Below are positions 1 through 12,860 of a DNA stretch of 64,000 bases, in pieces. The DNA is taken from positions 1-64,000 of the forward strand of contig NGBS01001179.1 of assembly GCA_002245135.1 (NCBI GenBank). Direction: 5' to 3'. Origin of the DNA: Proteromonas lacertae (lineage: Eukaryota). The notes beneath the pieces were generated by a model. That model was not told the origin of the DNA. It saw only the letters and a list, made by a program, of their open reading frames with translations, and did not search any database. The translations under genes and the position numbers were made by a program. Position 1 is the first letter of the stretch. Every line of letters starts with the position of its first letter.

Positions 1-306
1 AAGATATATATTTAAAACAATCTGAGTTGTTTCAATATGATAAATATGTAAAAGAAAATTTTGTTACAATTAATGATAAGATTGCACTTCCATGTCCTAT
101 TGGTTATTCTATTAGAACACCTCTTGCTGTTGATATTTTCTCCATATACTGTTTTTGCTGTTGCACCATTATTGAAAGTGTATTTTATGTTTTCATCTGA
201 CTTTTGCTCAAGATTGTATGTAACTGAACAAGGTAAATTAATAGGTGAAGTAGATAAAGCAAATTTATTTAAGTTTATAAAGGAAGAATTAAAAGATGTC
301 GCTTAA
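1..306 (+). CDS. 3' end of a CBS-domain protein, probably a CLC chloride channel C-terminus (partial, indels present)
   Basis: FSPYTVFAVAPLLKVYFMF...RLYVTEQGKLIGEVDK resembles the CBS2 domain of CLC channels. Ends in TAA at 304-306. Confidence 0.55.
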
Positions 307-471
307 TAATTATAATTTATTTTTCATTTTGTAATGTACTTTTTTATATTTAATAAAATAGAAAATTGTTTTTTTTTGTATTGTTGTTTAGACTACACAT
401 AACTATGCTACATATATAACATACACTACTTTTTTAAATTATCAAATATCTATTTTTAAATAACCCGCTAA

Positions 472-1343
472 TTTATCTAAAATAGTAAGTTATTAACACC
501 TTCTTAAATCACTAAAATTATTTTGTAGATTATGTCAACCACTCAGAAGATTACTAACTATCATTCAAGATCAAATTGTTCAAAAGGTACAAATATAAAA
601 AGAAGAGCCGAGGAATGATAGTATCAGCACATCAGAGTAAGAAAGAAAGTAAGTGTGTTTCAATTAAAAAATCTGATGAACAGAAGGAGAGTATGATCAT
701 ATAAATAAAATATTATTAGATGTTATGCCATATAATACTACATTCATGAATGATCCAAGTATTAAAATAAATCTGTATTTTGAATGAGTATTATAACATA
801 GTCAGTTGTATATTCAGAAGGAGTAGATTTAAGCATGACTTTAGAAGAGTTTATCAGTTGATTTATTCTCCTTCGTTGATATTGAAAGTGATTGATAATC
901 CAGAATTAAGAGAAGAGGCTAATATAAGTTTAAAGAGTTTAAAAATATAGTTTAAAAATGGTCCTCCATCGTTTAGATTATATATATTCAGAAGGCATTT
1001 CTGATATATCTGTAGCTTATTGCTGCTTGATCAATTTGGTAGAAAAGCACGAATATCAATAAGATTACATGAAAGACCACAGAAGATATATGGATATTAT
1101 TATGGCAAAAGAGTTGTTAATAAAATCATAAGTGAAGATTATGCTGATGAATGGCTAAAATTAGCTAAAATAACAAAATGTGGATATTGTGATATTATTA
1201 TTGATACTTAAAACATAAATGGCTATTTTTATTGTTTATACTTATTCTTTTATACTTTCAATTAAAACAAATTCATAAAATTATAAAGATAATACATATT
1301 TTGAATAAAAATAAATTAATTGATGAATTGATGTATGAATTTT
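472..1343 (+). pseudogene. Degenerate copy of the hypothetical gene at 1803-2509 (copy A of a direct duplication)
   Basis: Near-identical to ~1744-2646 but with small deletions and frameshifts. ORF 1020-1211 repeats DQFGRKARISIRLHERPQKIYGYYYGKRVVNK. Confidence 0.7.
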
Positions 1344-1802
1344 GATAGTTTAGCATATTAATATCTGCAACATAATTCAAAGGCTCGAAGAGTATTGTTG
1401 ATGTATAAATTTCATTTATTTTTCTTTCAAAAGGATTTTTTTGTATGTAAAAACACCTTTACGACCATCCTTTTTAAGGAATATAGAACAATTGATGATA
1501 TTGTATATAGGAAAAATCCCTATCCAACTCAACTTCATTATATTTTACATTTCTATTAAATATTACATACTTCCTGCAAAATGTAATACCAAGATTAGTT
1601 TGACATGTTGCAATACCTAAATCAACTTTCATAGAACAATGTAAAATATAAAATTTAAGAAAATTAATTCGTTACTAACTAGCCGTTTCAATTATTTATC
1701 AAATCTTATCAGATCGTGAACTTAGTATTTTTAATAATTTCTTTTATCTAAAATAGCAAGTTATTAACACCTTCTTAAATCACTAAAATTATTTTGTAGA
1801 TT

Positions 1803-2509
1803 ATGTCAACCGCTCAGAAGATTACTAACTGTCATTCAAGATCAAATTGTTCAAAAGGTACAAAATATAAAAAGAAGAGCCGAGGAATGATAGTATCAGC
1901 ACATCAGAGTAATAAAGAAAGTAAGTGTGTTTCAATTAAAAAATCTGATGAACAGAAGGAGAGTATGATCATATAAATAAAATATTATTAGATGTTATGC
2001 CATATAATGCTACATTCATGAATGATTCAAGTATTAAAAATAAATCTGTATTTTGAATGAGTATTATAACATAGTCAACTGTATTTTCAGGCGAAGATAA
2101 GTCAAATGAAATAGATTTAGGAATATATCAGAACATGACTTTAGAAGAATTATATAATGAATTATGTTCTTCAGCTATTGTGAAAGTGATTGATAATCCA
2201 GAATTAAGAGAAAAGGCTGATATAAGCTTAGAAGAGTTTAAAAATATAGTTAAAAATGGTCCTCCATCATTAGATTATATATATACAGAAGGAGTTTCGG
2301 GTAAAGTGGTAGGATATTCATTGTTTGATCAATTTGGTAGAAAAGCACGAATATCAATAAGATTACATGAAAGACCACAGAAGATATATGGATATTATTA
2401 TGGCAAAAGAGTTGTTAATAAAATCATAAGTGAAGATTATGCTGATGAATGGCTAAAATTAGCTAAAATGACAGAAAGAAAATTTCCTAATATCTTGATT
2501 AATACTTAA
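1803..2509 (+). CDS. Hypothetical protein (multi-exon; copy B)
   Basis: ATG at 1803, a GT-AG micro-intron near 1963-1991, and last-exon ORF 2135-2509. No family recognised. Confidence 0.5.
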
Positions 2510-4097
2510 AACACAAATGTTTTTTTTATTGTTTATACTTTCTCTTTAATACATTTTTTTTCAATTAAAACAAATTCATGAAATTATAAACTTTATAAAT
2601 ATTTTGAATAAAAATAAATTAATTGATGGATTGATGTATGAATTTTTGAGTTCTCTCCAATGAAGTTAATAGTACAATCATCAAACACTTGTATGGATAA
2701 ATTATTTCTGTTTTTATTCATTTCTCCATTACAAATCTTTCATCTCTTAGAAGGACTTATTTGTATATTTCGTTTTATGCTGTTTATGATTGTTACTAAC
2801 TTTAATATTACTCTCTGATAACTGATTAATTTGTTTGGGTAATATTTTTATGTTTTTTGGCTTTTCTTTTACGATTATCTTTTTTGTTTCTTTTCATTTG
2901 TTTTACTTTGATCTAGTTTATCCTACTGAGATTTAAATTCTGACATTATTAATGGAATTAATTCAGGATAATTATTTACATAAAATTGATATTCTATATG
3001 ATTTCTTTTTTTATCCAAATCAGCTAAATCTAAATACATCTGTTTATCAATTGCCTTTAATTTGTTCCAGGATTTTTTAACACTTTTATTGATTGCATTC
3101 TGGTCAATTAAATCAACATTACATTCTCTATTTAGCTCATACTCTTTATAATATTTTTCATAATGTTCAAATGCAGTTAATGATTGGTGTTATGGTATTT
3201 TCTAGCTTATGTTTATACTTACAACAGTTTTAAATGTTTGAAATAAGAATAAAATCTTGAATAATGTTAATCTCAGTATAATGCAAAGTAAAATAGTAAT
3301 GAAATATGAAATGATCATTACTATTTGTAATTACATTATATGAACTATTCTGTTCATCAAATAACCTATTATTTCTAACAATAATTTGGACTTTCTATCA
3401 AAACCATTTGTTTTATTGATAATTAATGACCATATTTTCATTAAATCATCTGAAGGCTTTTTTCAATATTTCTGTAGGTAAAGTAATATAAATTAGATTG
3501 TAATTCACAAACAGTATACTCATTATTTTGATTATGGACTATTTTACACACTCTACTTCCATCAGATAATAATATAGTGAAATTAATATCATCATAATAG
3601 GATTTTACTAATTAGTATAAGAATTTAACAAATACATATTTGAATATATTCATCATAACTCAATTTTCCATCTGAAAATTTGTAACGAATTGAATTGCTT
3701 GATATAAGTAAACTGTTAACTTGGACTTCCTTAATTAGAATAACAAACACTCCATTTTTACCCAATCCAACCGATTTTGATTTGTTAATGATTATCTATA
3801 AAATAATATAACAATTAGAATGTTCATTATACTTGTTCTATATTAAAAATCAGACAATGATCTTCATTTGACTGTTTGGAGCTTAAATCGGTATACAATA
3901 TTTGATACTCAACTGAATTATTAAGATTAAAGTTTAAAAACACTGAGTCCATAAGTGTAGAGCTTAGTTTAAGAAAAAAGAATTTTGATGGTAATTTAGT
4001 CAATTTGACATTTAATTACATTTTCATATTTTTGTCTTATCTCGGTTGTTTTCAATGATTATTAAAAGCGAAATATGTAAAAATGAAGGGCATATAT
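2498..4097. repeat. ~1.6-kb segmental duplication of 11289-12903, carrying a disrupted copy of the minus-strand gene and the first codons of the BTB gene
   Basis: Line-by-line near identity with 11289-12903. This copy has indels around 2740-2900 and ends abruptly after ...aaaaatgaaggg. Confidence 0.9.
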
Positions 4098-4111
4098 TAA
4101 GTTCCAATGTA

Positions 4112-4368
4112 ATTATCTTCATTAAATGGTAATTTCTTACAAATCATTTCATATAATATACATCCAACTGACCAAATCACACTTCTCTCATTACATTCAT
4201 ATCCATTCAGCTCTTCTGGGCTTTTGAAATTCACATCATACAATCTCATATCTTCATCTTTTCTCAATACATTCAAGAATAAATCACATAACTTTATACT
4301 ACTATCATCTATTATTACATTGGAGCTCTTTAAACTATCAACTACTAAATCATACTTATTCAACATCA
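4112..4368 (-). pseudogene. 257-bp fragment of the pseudokinase exon copied from 8422-8678
   Basis: Almost identical nucleotides (VVDSLKSSN vs VVESLKSSN). No start or LRR part attached. Confidence 0.9.
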
Positions 4369-4579
4369 CTTATTATAAAAATATGTGCAATTCAATCAAA
4401 GTATCTGGTCCACTTGACACTCCATAAAATATTTTCAATGGTAATCCTTTTGGTCTGTTTAAGAATAATCAATACAATCTTTACCAAAGTAAGTATCTAA
4501 CATTCTGATTGCTGTTTTACTTACCCTTCCCTACTATTTACTATTACGCATTTTTTTCTTTTGTATTGTCTAGTCCTAC

Positions 4580-5570
4580 CAGGGTTGTATTTATCGGTTA
4601 CCGACGGAGATAGGTCAAAACCTATAGGTTTTGCCTTGACTGTCGGTCGGTCAAGCCATACAAGCCGTATATTATAAAATCTATTTTAATTCATTATATA
4701 CTAATTTTCCCTTCATAAAAACTATCTTATAATATATTTTAATACTTGATTCATATATTTTCAATTCAATTAAATAATTTTTAACTTTTTATAAAGAATT
4801 ACAATTTAATACTCAACAATAATTAGGTATTTTATATAATTATGTTCTTATTTATTTCTACTAATCATCAGTTTCATTTGTAATCTATCACATGATAAAT
4901 TTGATTTGGATAAGTTACTTATTTGTCCAGCCTCTGAAAATATTCTTTCTGGCTCTGAAGATGTTGTAATGAATATCATAATGCAAATATTCTTGTACTT
5001 CATTTGGCATAATTAATCTCTTTCTTTTTACTGCAAATGCATTTGTCAAGGCTTTTTATCTTTAACATATTATACCAAAAGGTTTTGTATAAGTTAAAAT
5101 TAAGATGTTTAAGCATATTTGCCTCTTTTAAGGCAATAACTTCACGAGCCGCTCCAATTGGTAAAACTATACTCCTAGAATATATAATGATAGATTATAT
5201 TAGATACATTTATGATAATTTTAAGAAATGATTAATGTCAAGCTAAAAGTTTGCCATTTTTTCTTTCAAATTTTTATAATCATTCTATACTATATATTAC
5301 ATATATAACACAATAGAATAACTCATTGGTAAGGTTAGATTCAATTATGAAGAAAGAAAAAAGCGCATCGACCGACGGTTAATTCGGTAATTTATAGAAT
5401 GATATATAGAGCTTGAATTCAATATGTACAGTTAGATAATATTATTAATATCACATGTTTAGGAGGAGGTCAGCTAATAGTTACTACAGCCTGGTGTCGG
5501 TCAACATTTATTTATTGACCTACGACCGATCGGTTTTCTCCGTCGGTCATGACCGATTTATACAACCCTG
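4580..5570 (-). mobile_element. Non-autonomous hAT-superfamily DNA transposon (991 bp, internally deleted)
   Basis: TIRs CAGGGTTGTAT (4580-4590) and ATACAACCCTG (5560-5570), extending imperfectly to CCGACGGAGA. 8-bp TSD AGTCCTAC at 4572-4579 and 5571-5578. Subterminal CCGAC/GTCGG/ACCGA motifs. Minus-strand remnant TSSEPERIFSEAGQISNLSKSNLSCDRLQMKLMI (4848-4970) matches the hAT C-terminal dimerisation motif. Confidence 0.92.
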
Positions 5571-5804
5571 AGTCCTACTATTTATATTTTATTTTGGCTT
5601 TTTGTATCAAATCCTACACCAATTCAAAACATTGAAATATCCATTAAGAAATCAAATAGCTGGTGAGTTTTTATCTATTTTTTCACTTTGTTTTTACTCA
5701 TGTCATACTGGTGTTTCTGATGGAAGTATTTCATATTATAAACTAGATCATACATTTTTATCAAAAGATCAATTCAAAAATTGCAATATATTAACAATAA
5801 TAAT

Positions 5805-8800
5805 CTATTTAATTAATTTTACTTTCGGCAATTCTTTCTTTTCTTCTTCTGATATTCCTTCTAAGTTTATTCTCCCAATTGTTGAAAATGTTTCTAAAAA
5901 TGATTTTAATTCTATTTTATCTATATTTTCTTTGACTGTTATTGCTAATTCATCTAAATATTCAAACACATGTTTGTTTTCCTTCATTAATTTCAATTCT
6001 GTTATATCTAATTTGTTTCTTGATATATTTATCTTCTTTATTTTTTTATACTCTTTTAAACACTTAATTAATATTGTTATTCCTTTTTCACTTATTCCAG
6101 TATCTATTCAATAATAATATTTACAAAATACTTGATATATTTAAAGATGTTGGATTAGGACTTACAAATTTATCTATATATTTACAGATTATCTCTATTC
6201 CTTCATCTCCAATATCATTATTGTATATTGATATACATTCTACATCTTCTGGTAAGGAATCTGTTAATTCTTTTAATCCTCTACAGCTGATATGATTATT
6301 GGATAAATCAATTTCTCTATAACCAATCTGTTTAATCAATGAGATGTGAGAATCATTCAGATTCATATCTGTTTTATTAAAAATATAGATAATATACCTG
6401 AAAAATTATATCTTCTATTATCAGAATATTTTATTCCCTTTTTAATACAATAATCCAAATAATATTCCAATTCTTCATTTGTCCATGATGTACATTTCAT
6501 TTCTATAAATGGATATTCTTTATTTTCTAACGATTTTGAACAAATTGCTTTTAATACATTTATTTTGATATTACTTCCATTTAGATTCATTGTATCATAT
6601 CTTTTAAATAAATCTATTTTATTTGTTAATAATACTACACTTTCATCGTCTATTGACATACTACTCAAATTCATTTTATAAGGATGACAATCTATTAATA
6701 TCTGTAAACTGTTTAACAATAATTTAAAACCATTATTACAAATTGCGTTGTCTAATCAACAAAAATGAAACATAATATAAATATACTATGAATGTTTAAA
6801 TGCACAATGTCATCAATCACTTTAACATAATTCATCAAATATTCTATTCCATATGCATCTATGTTATTATCACTTATATCAAGCTTGATCTTTTCATGAA
6901 TATTCTTTAAACCATCTAATAAATATATTAATCCTATTGAAGATAATCCCATCTCTATTTAACATTATATAACATCACTATACTTGAACAATTAACGCTA
7001 TTATAATTCTTTAATAAATGTATATGTGGAGATAATATTTTCATTCCTTCATCTCCTATTTCATTTCCATTTAATCTAAGATAATAAAGATGTGGAAATG
7101 AAGATAAATTGTTAATCAGTATTTCAACACTTTTATATGTTAGTTTATTATCTAAAAAATATAAAAATATCAAATTATACTACTTAAATTTATCTCTTTT
7201 ACTTCTCCAAATTCATTTGATCTTAAAGAAATGAAGGATTTGAAAATATCATCATCAATTTCTAAATTACTCAAATTCACTTTTGTTGATATGATTAATT
7301 CTGGTATATTTTTATCAATCAAAATTCTCCAATTAAAATCAAATTCTATCTTTGAAATTGGAAATTTAGAGAATAAAGCTTGTAATCCTTTTGAATGGAT
7401 ATCATCGTTACGCTGCATATATATATTATTAATATTTGGATATTTATATAATTCTTCTGATAATAACAGCGTTGATTCATCATTTAATCTCATTTCTCTA
7501 AGATTCAATTCGTTATCTTTGTTGATTAATAAATGTAAATATGGAAGTAACAATTTGAAGCCTTTTAAGCCAATTGGATTACCTATTTTATAATAATAAA
7601 TACTTAAAGTACTTTCAATAAATATGTATTCCAGTTTCATCATTAATGGAATTGATTTAACAAATGTCTCAATAAAATGATTACTAAGGTTATTGTATAA
7701 AAAATAGATTATCTGTAGATTTGAAAATCGAGAAAAATAAGAACCAAATAATGACTGAAAATTAATTGGAATATAAAATCCATCAGAACCATCTAATGAT
7801 AAAAACTATTAGATATATACCAAAGACAAGATTTGTTGGATCTATTAACTTCACCACACTGAAGAAATAATTCATCCCTTCTTCACATACACACATGCAT
7901 TTTGAATTAATTGTCATCATTTTAACGAAAGTTGGAATTTTAATATTTAATATCTCTTTATCCAAATAACATTCCCTTCCTTCTTTACATTGATGATGAA
8001 TTTGATACTTCAGTTTATCTTTTATTGATTTATCTTTTTTGTATATTTTTATCATCAATAATATTGATAATACTCTTTTATTAGGTTTATTATTGTATGA
8101 TTCTATTAAATCATTTCTTATTCTTTCCCATTTATTACTTTGAACATAATATTCTGTCGGATACATTATTGGAAACATTATACTATCTTTGTCGTTGTTA
8201 AATAATAACTCTTTTCTTTCATCACATATCATCAATGAATCATTTTCATCTTTTAATATCTCATTCATTTTCGTCATTTCTTTTCTCAGCTCTTTTACAC
8301 TCATTCTATCTTCAGTTTTCACTTTTAACATTCTTTCTATCATTTCTTTCATCACTTCATCATATTTCACATCAAAAAGGTATTTGGATATGAGAATATT
8401 GTTTATGGTTTTAAACATATCATTATCTTCATTAAATGGTAATTTCTTACAAATCATTTCATATAATATACATCCAACTGACCAAATCACACTTCTCTCA
8501 TTACATTCATATCCATTCAGCTCTTCTGGGCTTTTGAAATTCACATCATACAATCTCATATCTTCATCTTTTCTCAATACATTCAAGAATAAATCACATA
8601 ACTTTATACTACTATCATCTATTATTACATTGGAACTCTTTAAACTTTCAACTACTAAATCATACTTATTCAACATCATTAAAATATCGCATATACTATA
8701 CATCATATAACAAATATCACCACTTGTTAAGGATCCACTATGGATTATCTCTTCTAAATCTCTATCATAATAGTATCTCTCTAATATCATCATTTTACTA

Positions 8801-9086
8801 CTTATTCGATGTACTTGTGATGGATAAGCGAAGCATGAACAACAATCTGACAAGAAACTGATTCTAGCACAAAATTTTAATATTTTCTTTTCTTTAATAT
8901 CACCAGTGTTGAAGATTTTTACAACATTTGTATTACTTTTTTGTTTTATTAACAATTCTTCCTCACTTTTACTCTTTTCTACTCTTTCTTTAACCTATTA
9001 CATAACAATGCAGTCACATATACTTCTACATTCAATTTATATTTCAAGATCTTTTCTATTTCACAATTTTGATAGAAATATGACAT
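5805..9086 (-). CDS. Pseudokinase-LRR protein, copy 1 (multi-exon)
   Basis: ATG at 9086 (MSYFYQNCEIEK...), micro-intron, kinase-fold exon (LKSSN, CDLF, KSPE, WSVGCILYEM), then RI-like LRR exons (LRLNGNEIGDEGMKIL, LDISDNNIDAYG, IDLSNNHISCRG). Confidence 0.85.
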
Positions 9087-9143
9087 TTTTTAATAGATTC
9101 GTTTTGATTATTCTTGGGGAAACTTTGGTGCGAAAAATGATGA

Positions 9144-9770
9144 TGTTTATTAAAACTAAATTCCAATTTAATCAACAACACAACAACCACTATAAAGACA
9201 CCCATAGTTTCACCTATTTATGATAAAAACAACAACAATAATAATAAACAGATAACAAATGAATTAATCAATAGTGCAACGCAGAAGGATCCTAAGACAG
9301 GTATAAAGAATATACCATTCAAAGCACCACAAGCAATATCGATTAACAATATGAGTTATAATCCAATCACTCAGATGTGGGAAGGAAATGAAGATGATGA
9401 AGAAATATTAGAATTTGATGAAATTATCAATGAAACTACTGGTAGTAACAAAAAGAAAAAGAAAAAAACAAAGAAAGAAAAGATTAATGATTTATCACCT
9501 TTTCACTTAACTCTAACAGAAGAAATAATCATCAAGAGAAGAGCTCGACAACATCTAGTAGACTTAAAATACCCTAAACATGGAGTAGAAGCTAGATTGA
9601 TAGCTAATACAGTGAAATCTAAAAGAATTTCTGAATCAACACCGACATGTCCTATTACTGTATCTAGACAGTATGATGCTCGTCCTGACTTGTTTATTAT
9701 TAGAGATATGGCTGTACAGAGAGTAGCTTTAGATAATTATAAAATGGAAGAGATGATGAGTAAAAAATGA
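9144..9770 (+). CDS. Byr4/Bfa1-like motif protein, possibly a 5'-truncated fragment
   Basis: MSYNPITQMWEGNE resembles the MxYNPxxxxWEGNE motif of Byr4/Bfa1. The frame is open from 9144 with no ATG until 9351. Confidence 0.45.
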   Translation, partial: CLLKLNSNLINNTTTTIKTPIVSPIYDKNNNNNNKQITNELINSATQKDPKTGIKNIPFKAPQAISINNMSYNPITQMWEGNEDDEEILEFDEIINETTGSNKKKKKKTKKEKINDLSPFHLTLTEEIIIKRRARQHLVDLKYPKHGVEARLIANTVKSKRISESTPTCPITVSRQYDARPDLFIIRDMAVQRVALDNYKMEEMMSKK

Positions 9771-9954
9771 TTATTATTAGTAAAATCTATTTTATATAAA
9801 CATATATATGTGTGATAATTTAACAAAATGTTCTTTATTTCATTCATTTATGTATTAGGGATCAAATATAAAAATCATAAATTCAGAAAATAACACTAAA
9901 AAATGAGGGGAAAAACATATAAATATTTCTAATATCCCTTTTTAATACTTATTC

Positions 9955-10671
9955 TTAATACTTAGATGGCATTTGTTGTGTAATACAATGAATATTACCA
10001 CCACCCAATAATATTTCTCTACTTTTCACACTCACTATCTTACGATCAGGAAAGATTTCTTGAAATTGTTTTCGTACTACTTCATCAGTTGCTACATCAA
10101 AGGCAGGTAAAACAATACCTTCATTAGCCATATAGAAGTTAATATAACTACCTGGTAATCTTCCATATTCTCTTGCTATCGTTCCATCTTCAGATATTAC
10201 ACCATTTGCTTCTTTATCTGTTCTTGTTAAAGTTGGATCTGGAATGGGGATTTTGTGGATTTTAATGGTTCTACCTTTAGCATCTGGGGTCATTGTTAAT
10301 ACTGCTTCCGCTTCACGTGAGATTCCATATTATGGATCTGATGGGTTATTCGTCCAAGCTAATGCAACTTCGGCTGGTCTAACAAAACAGCATATGTTGT
10401 CTACATGACCATTTGTATCAACATCTCCATATAGACCGTGTGGTAACCAGATTACTTTCGTTGCACCTGTGTATTCTTTGAGATATTGCTCGATTTGTTG
10501 TTTGTTCAGATCTGGATTACGATTTGGATTTAATAAACATTCTGCTGTTGTAATTAGTGTTCCTTCACCATCTACATGGATAGATCCTCCTTCTAGAATA
10601 AATGGAGCATCATAACGCTTGTAGCCAACTATATCACATATATGTGGTGCTACTGTTTCATCCTTTGAATA
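9955..10671 (-). pseudogene. aguA: Agmatine deiminase (PPAD/AguA family), 5'-truncated with an in-frame TAA
   Basis: LEGGSIHVDGEGTLITTAECLLNPNRNP, DTNGHVDN, SYINFY and GGGNIHCITQQMP are all AguA motifs. TAA at 10330-10332 (DP*Y, normally DPQY). The N-terminal MPAEW/DxWxRD region is absent. Confidence 0.88.
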
Positions 10672-10870
10672 AGTAACTACAATTGTTACTGTGATTTTAA
10701 TAATAGTTAATTTCTCAACATTTATCTCTTAAAAATAGAAATTTTAGAATTTGTATATTTATAACAATAAATATATGTTAAATGTAGTGATAGTTTTTTT
10801 AAGAATAAATGTATATAAACAATATATAATCAAAGTAGTAATAATAGTTTATATTTAAAAAAATATTTAT

Positions 10871-11206
10871 TTATTTATCCTTGTATTTTTGTACAATAAT
10901 GGATAAAATTGTTGGTATAATTACCTCTAACTTGTCAATATCCAGGGATCCTTGAAAATGTAGTATATAAGAAAATGATGGATATATCTCTATGGGTAAA
11001 ATGGATTTATATATTTTTTTAATCAAATCGTATGTGGTGTCATCCTCAACAAGCGTTTTGTCGATATAAATTCTTTTAATTCCATTATATTTCATACTTG
11101 CAATTCCATAACAGCTGGTAGTTGAAAATGGATGGAAATTTTGATGATCAAGAGTCTGTTCAATCCCATTGATGAATAACTTGCAGTGTATGTGATTATT
11201 TTTCAC
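10871..11206 (-). CDS. Hypothetical ORF or gene fragment
   Basis: 111-aa open frame with protein-like composition and a non-ATG start. No family recognised. Confidence 0.3.
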   Translation of the reverse strand: MKNNHIHCKLFINGIEQTLDHQNFHPFSTTSCYGIASMKYNGIKRIYIDKTLVEDDTTYDLIKKIYKSILPIEIYPSFSYILHFQGSLDIDKLEVIIPTILSIIVQKYKDK

Positions 11207-11384
11207 ATAATCTCTTATAATTATTACAATAAAAAACTGTTCCTCAAATAAATCTAACGGTTGATCTAAATCAAATGGTTAAAACTTTATTAATACTTAA
11301 AACACAAATGGTTATTTTTATTGTTTATACTTTCTCTTTAATACTTTTTTTTTCAATTAAAACAAATTCATAAAATTATAAACT

Positions 11385-12758
11385 TTATAAATATTTTGAA
11401 TAAAAATAAATTAATAGATGAATTGATGTATGAATTTTTGAGTTCTCTCCAATGAAGTTAATAGTACAATCATCAAACACTTGTATGGATAAATTATATC
11501 TGTTTTTATTCATTTCTCCATTACAAATCTTTAATCTCTTAGAAGGACTTATTTGTATATTTCGTTTTATGCTGTCTGTTATCATATGATTGTTACTAAC
11601 TTTTATATTACTTGATATTATCGGTTGGATAGAATTACTTTCTGATAATTGATTAATTTGTTTGGGTAATATTTTTATGTTTTTTGATTTTTGTTTCTTT
11701 TCACTTGTTTTACTTTGATCGAGTTTATCCTGCTGGGGTTTAAATTCTGACATTATTAATGGAATTAATTCAGGATAATTATTTACATAAAATTGATATT
11801 CTATATGATTTCTTTTTTTATCCAAATCAGCTAAATCTAAATACATCTGTTTATCAATTGCCTTTAATTTGTTCCAGGATTTTTTAACACTTTTATTGAT
11901 TGCATTCTGGTCAATTAAATCAACATTACATTCTCTATTTAGCTCATACTCTTTATAATATTTTTCATAATGTTCAAATGCAGTTAATGATGGTGTTATG
12001 GTATTTTCTAGCTTATGTTTATACTTACAACAGTTTTAAATGTTTGAAATAAGAATAAAATCTTGAATAATGTTAATCTCAGTATAATGCAAAGTAAAAT
12101 AGTAATGAAATATGAAATGATCATTACTATTTGTAATTACATTATATGAACTATTCTGTTCATCAAATAACCTATTATTTCTAACAATAATTTGGACTTT
12201 CTATCAAAACCATTTGTTTTATTGATAATTAATGACCATATTTTCATTAAATCATCTGAAGGCTTTTTTCAATATTTCTGTAGGTAAAATAATATAAATT
12301 AGATTGTAATTCACAAACAGTATACTCATTATTTTGATTATGGACTATTTTACACACTTTACTTCCATCAGATAATAATATAGTGAAATTAATATCATCA
12401 TAATAGGATTTTACTAATTAGTATAAGAATTTAACAAATACATATTTGAATATATTCATCATAACTCAATTTTCCATCTGAAAATTTGTAACGAATTGAA
12501 TTGCTTGATATAAGTAAACTGTTAACTTGGACTTCCTTAATTAGAATAACAAACACTCCATTTTTACCCAATCCAACCGATTTTGATTTGTTAATGATTA
12601 TCTATAAAATAATATAACAATTAGAATGTTCATTATACTTGTTCTATATTAAAAATCAGACAATGATCTTCATTTGACTGTTTGGAGCTTAAATCGGTAT
12701 ACAATATTTGATACTCAACTGAATTATTAAGATTAAAGTTTAAAAACACTGAGTCCAT
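11385..12758 (-). CDS. Hypothetical multi-exon protein
   Basis: ATG at 12758 (MDSVFLNFNLNN...), several micro-introns, and last ORF 11385-11846. Duplicated at ~2590-3952. Confidence 0.5.
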
Positions 12759-12860
12759 AAGTGTAGAGCTTAGTTTAAGAAAAAAGAATTTTGATGGTAA
12801 TTTAGTCAATTTGACATTTAATTACATTTTCATATTTTTGTCTTATCTCGGTTGTTTTCA

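Noticed and set aside
5602..5800. Plus-strand peptide ...VSDGSISYYKL... right of the hAT element as a recognisable gene
   Set aside because: It is short, lacks a clear start and runs into antisense of the LRR gene. Not assignable.
10330..10332. TAA at a conserved Gln position in agmatine deiminase, suggesting UAA-to-Gln reassignment
   Set aside because: TAA terminates many genes here, long ORFs use CAA/CAG for Gln without internal TAA, and the gene is also 5'-truncated. A CAA>TAA mutation is simpler.
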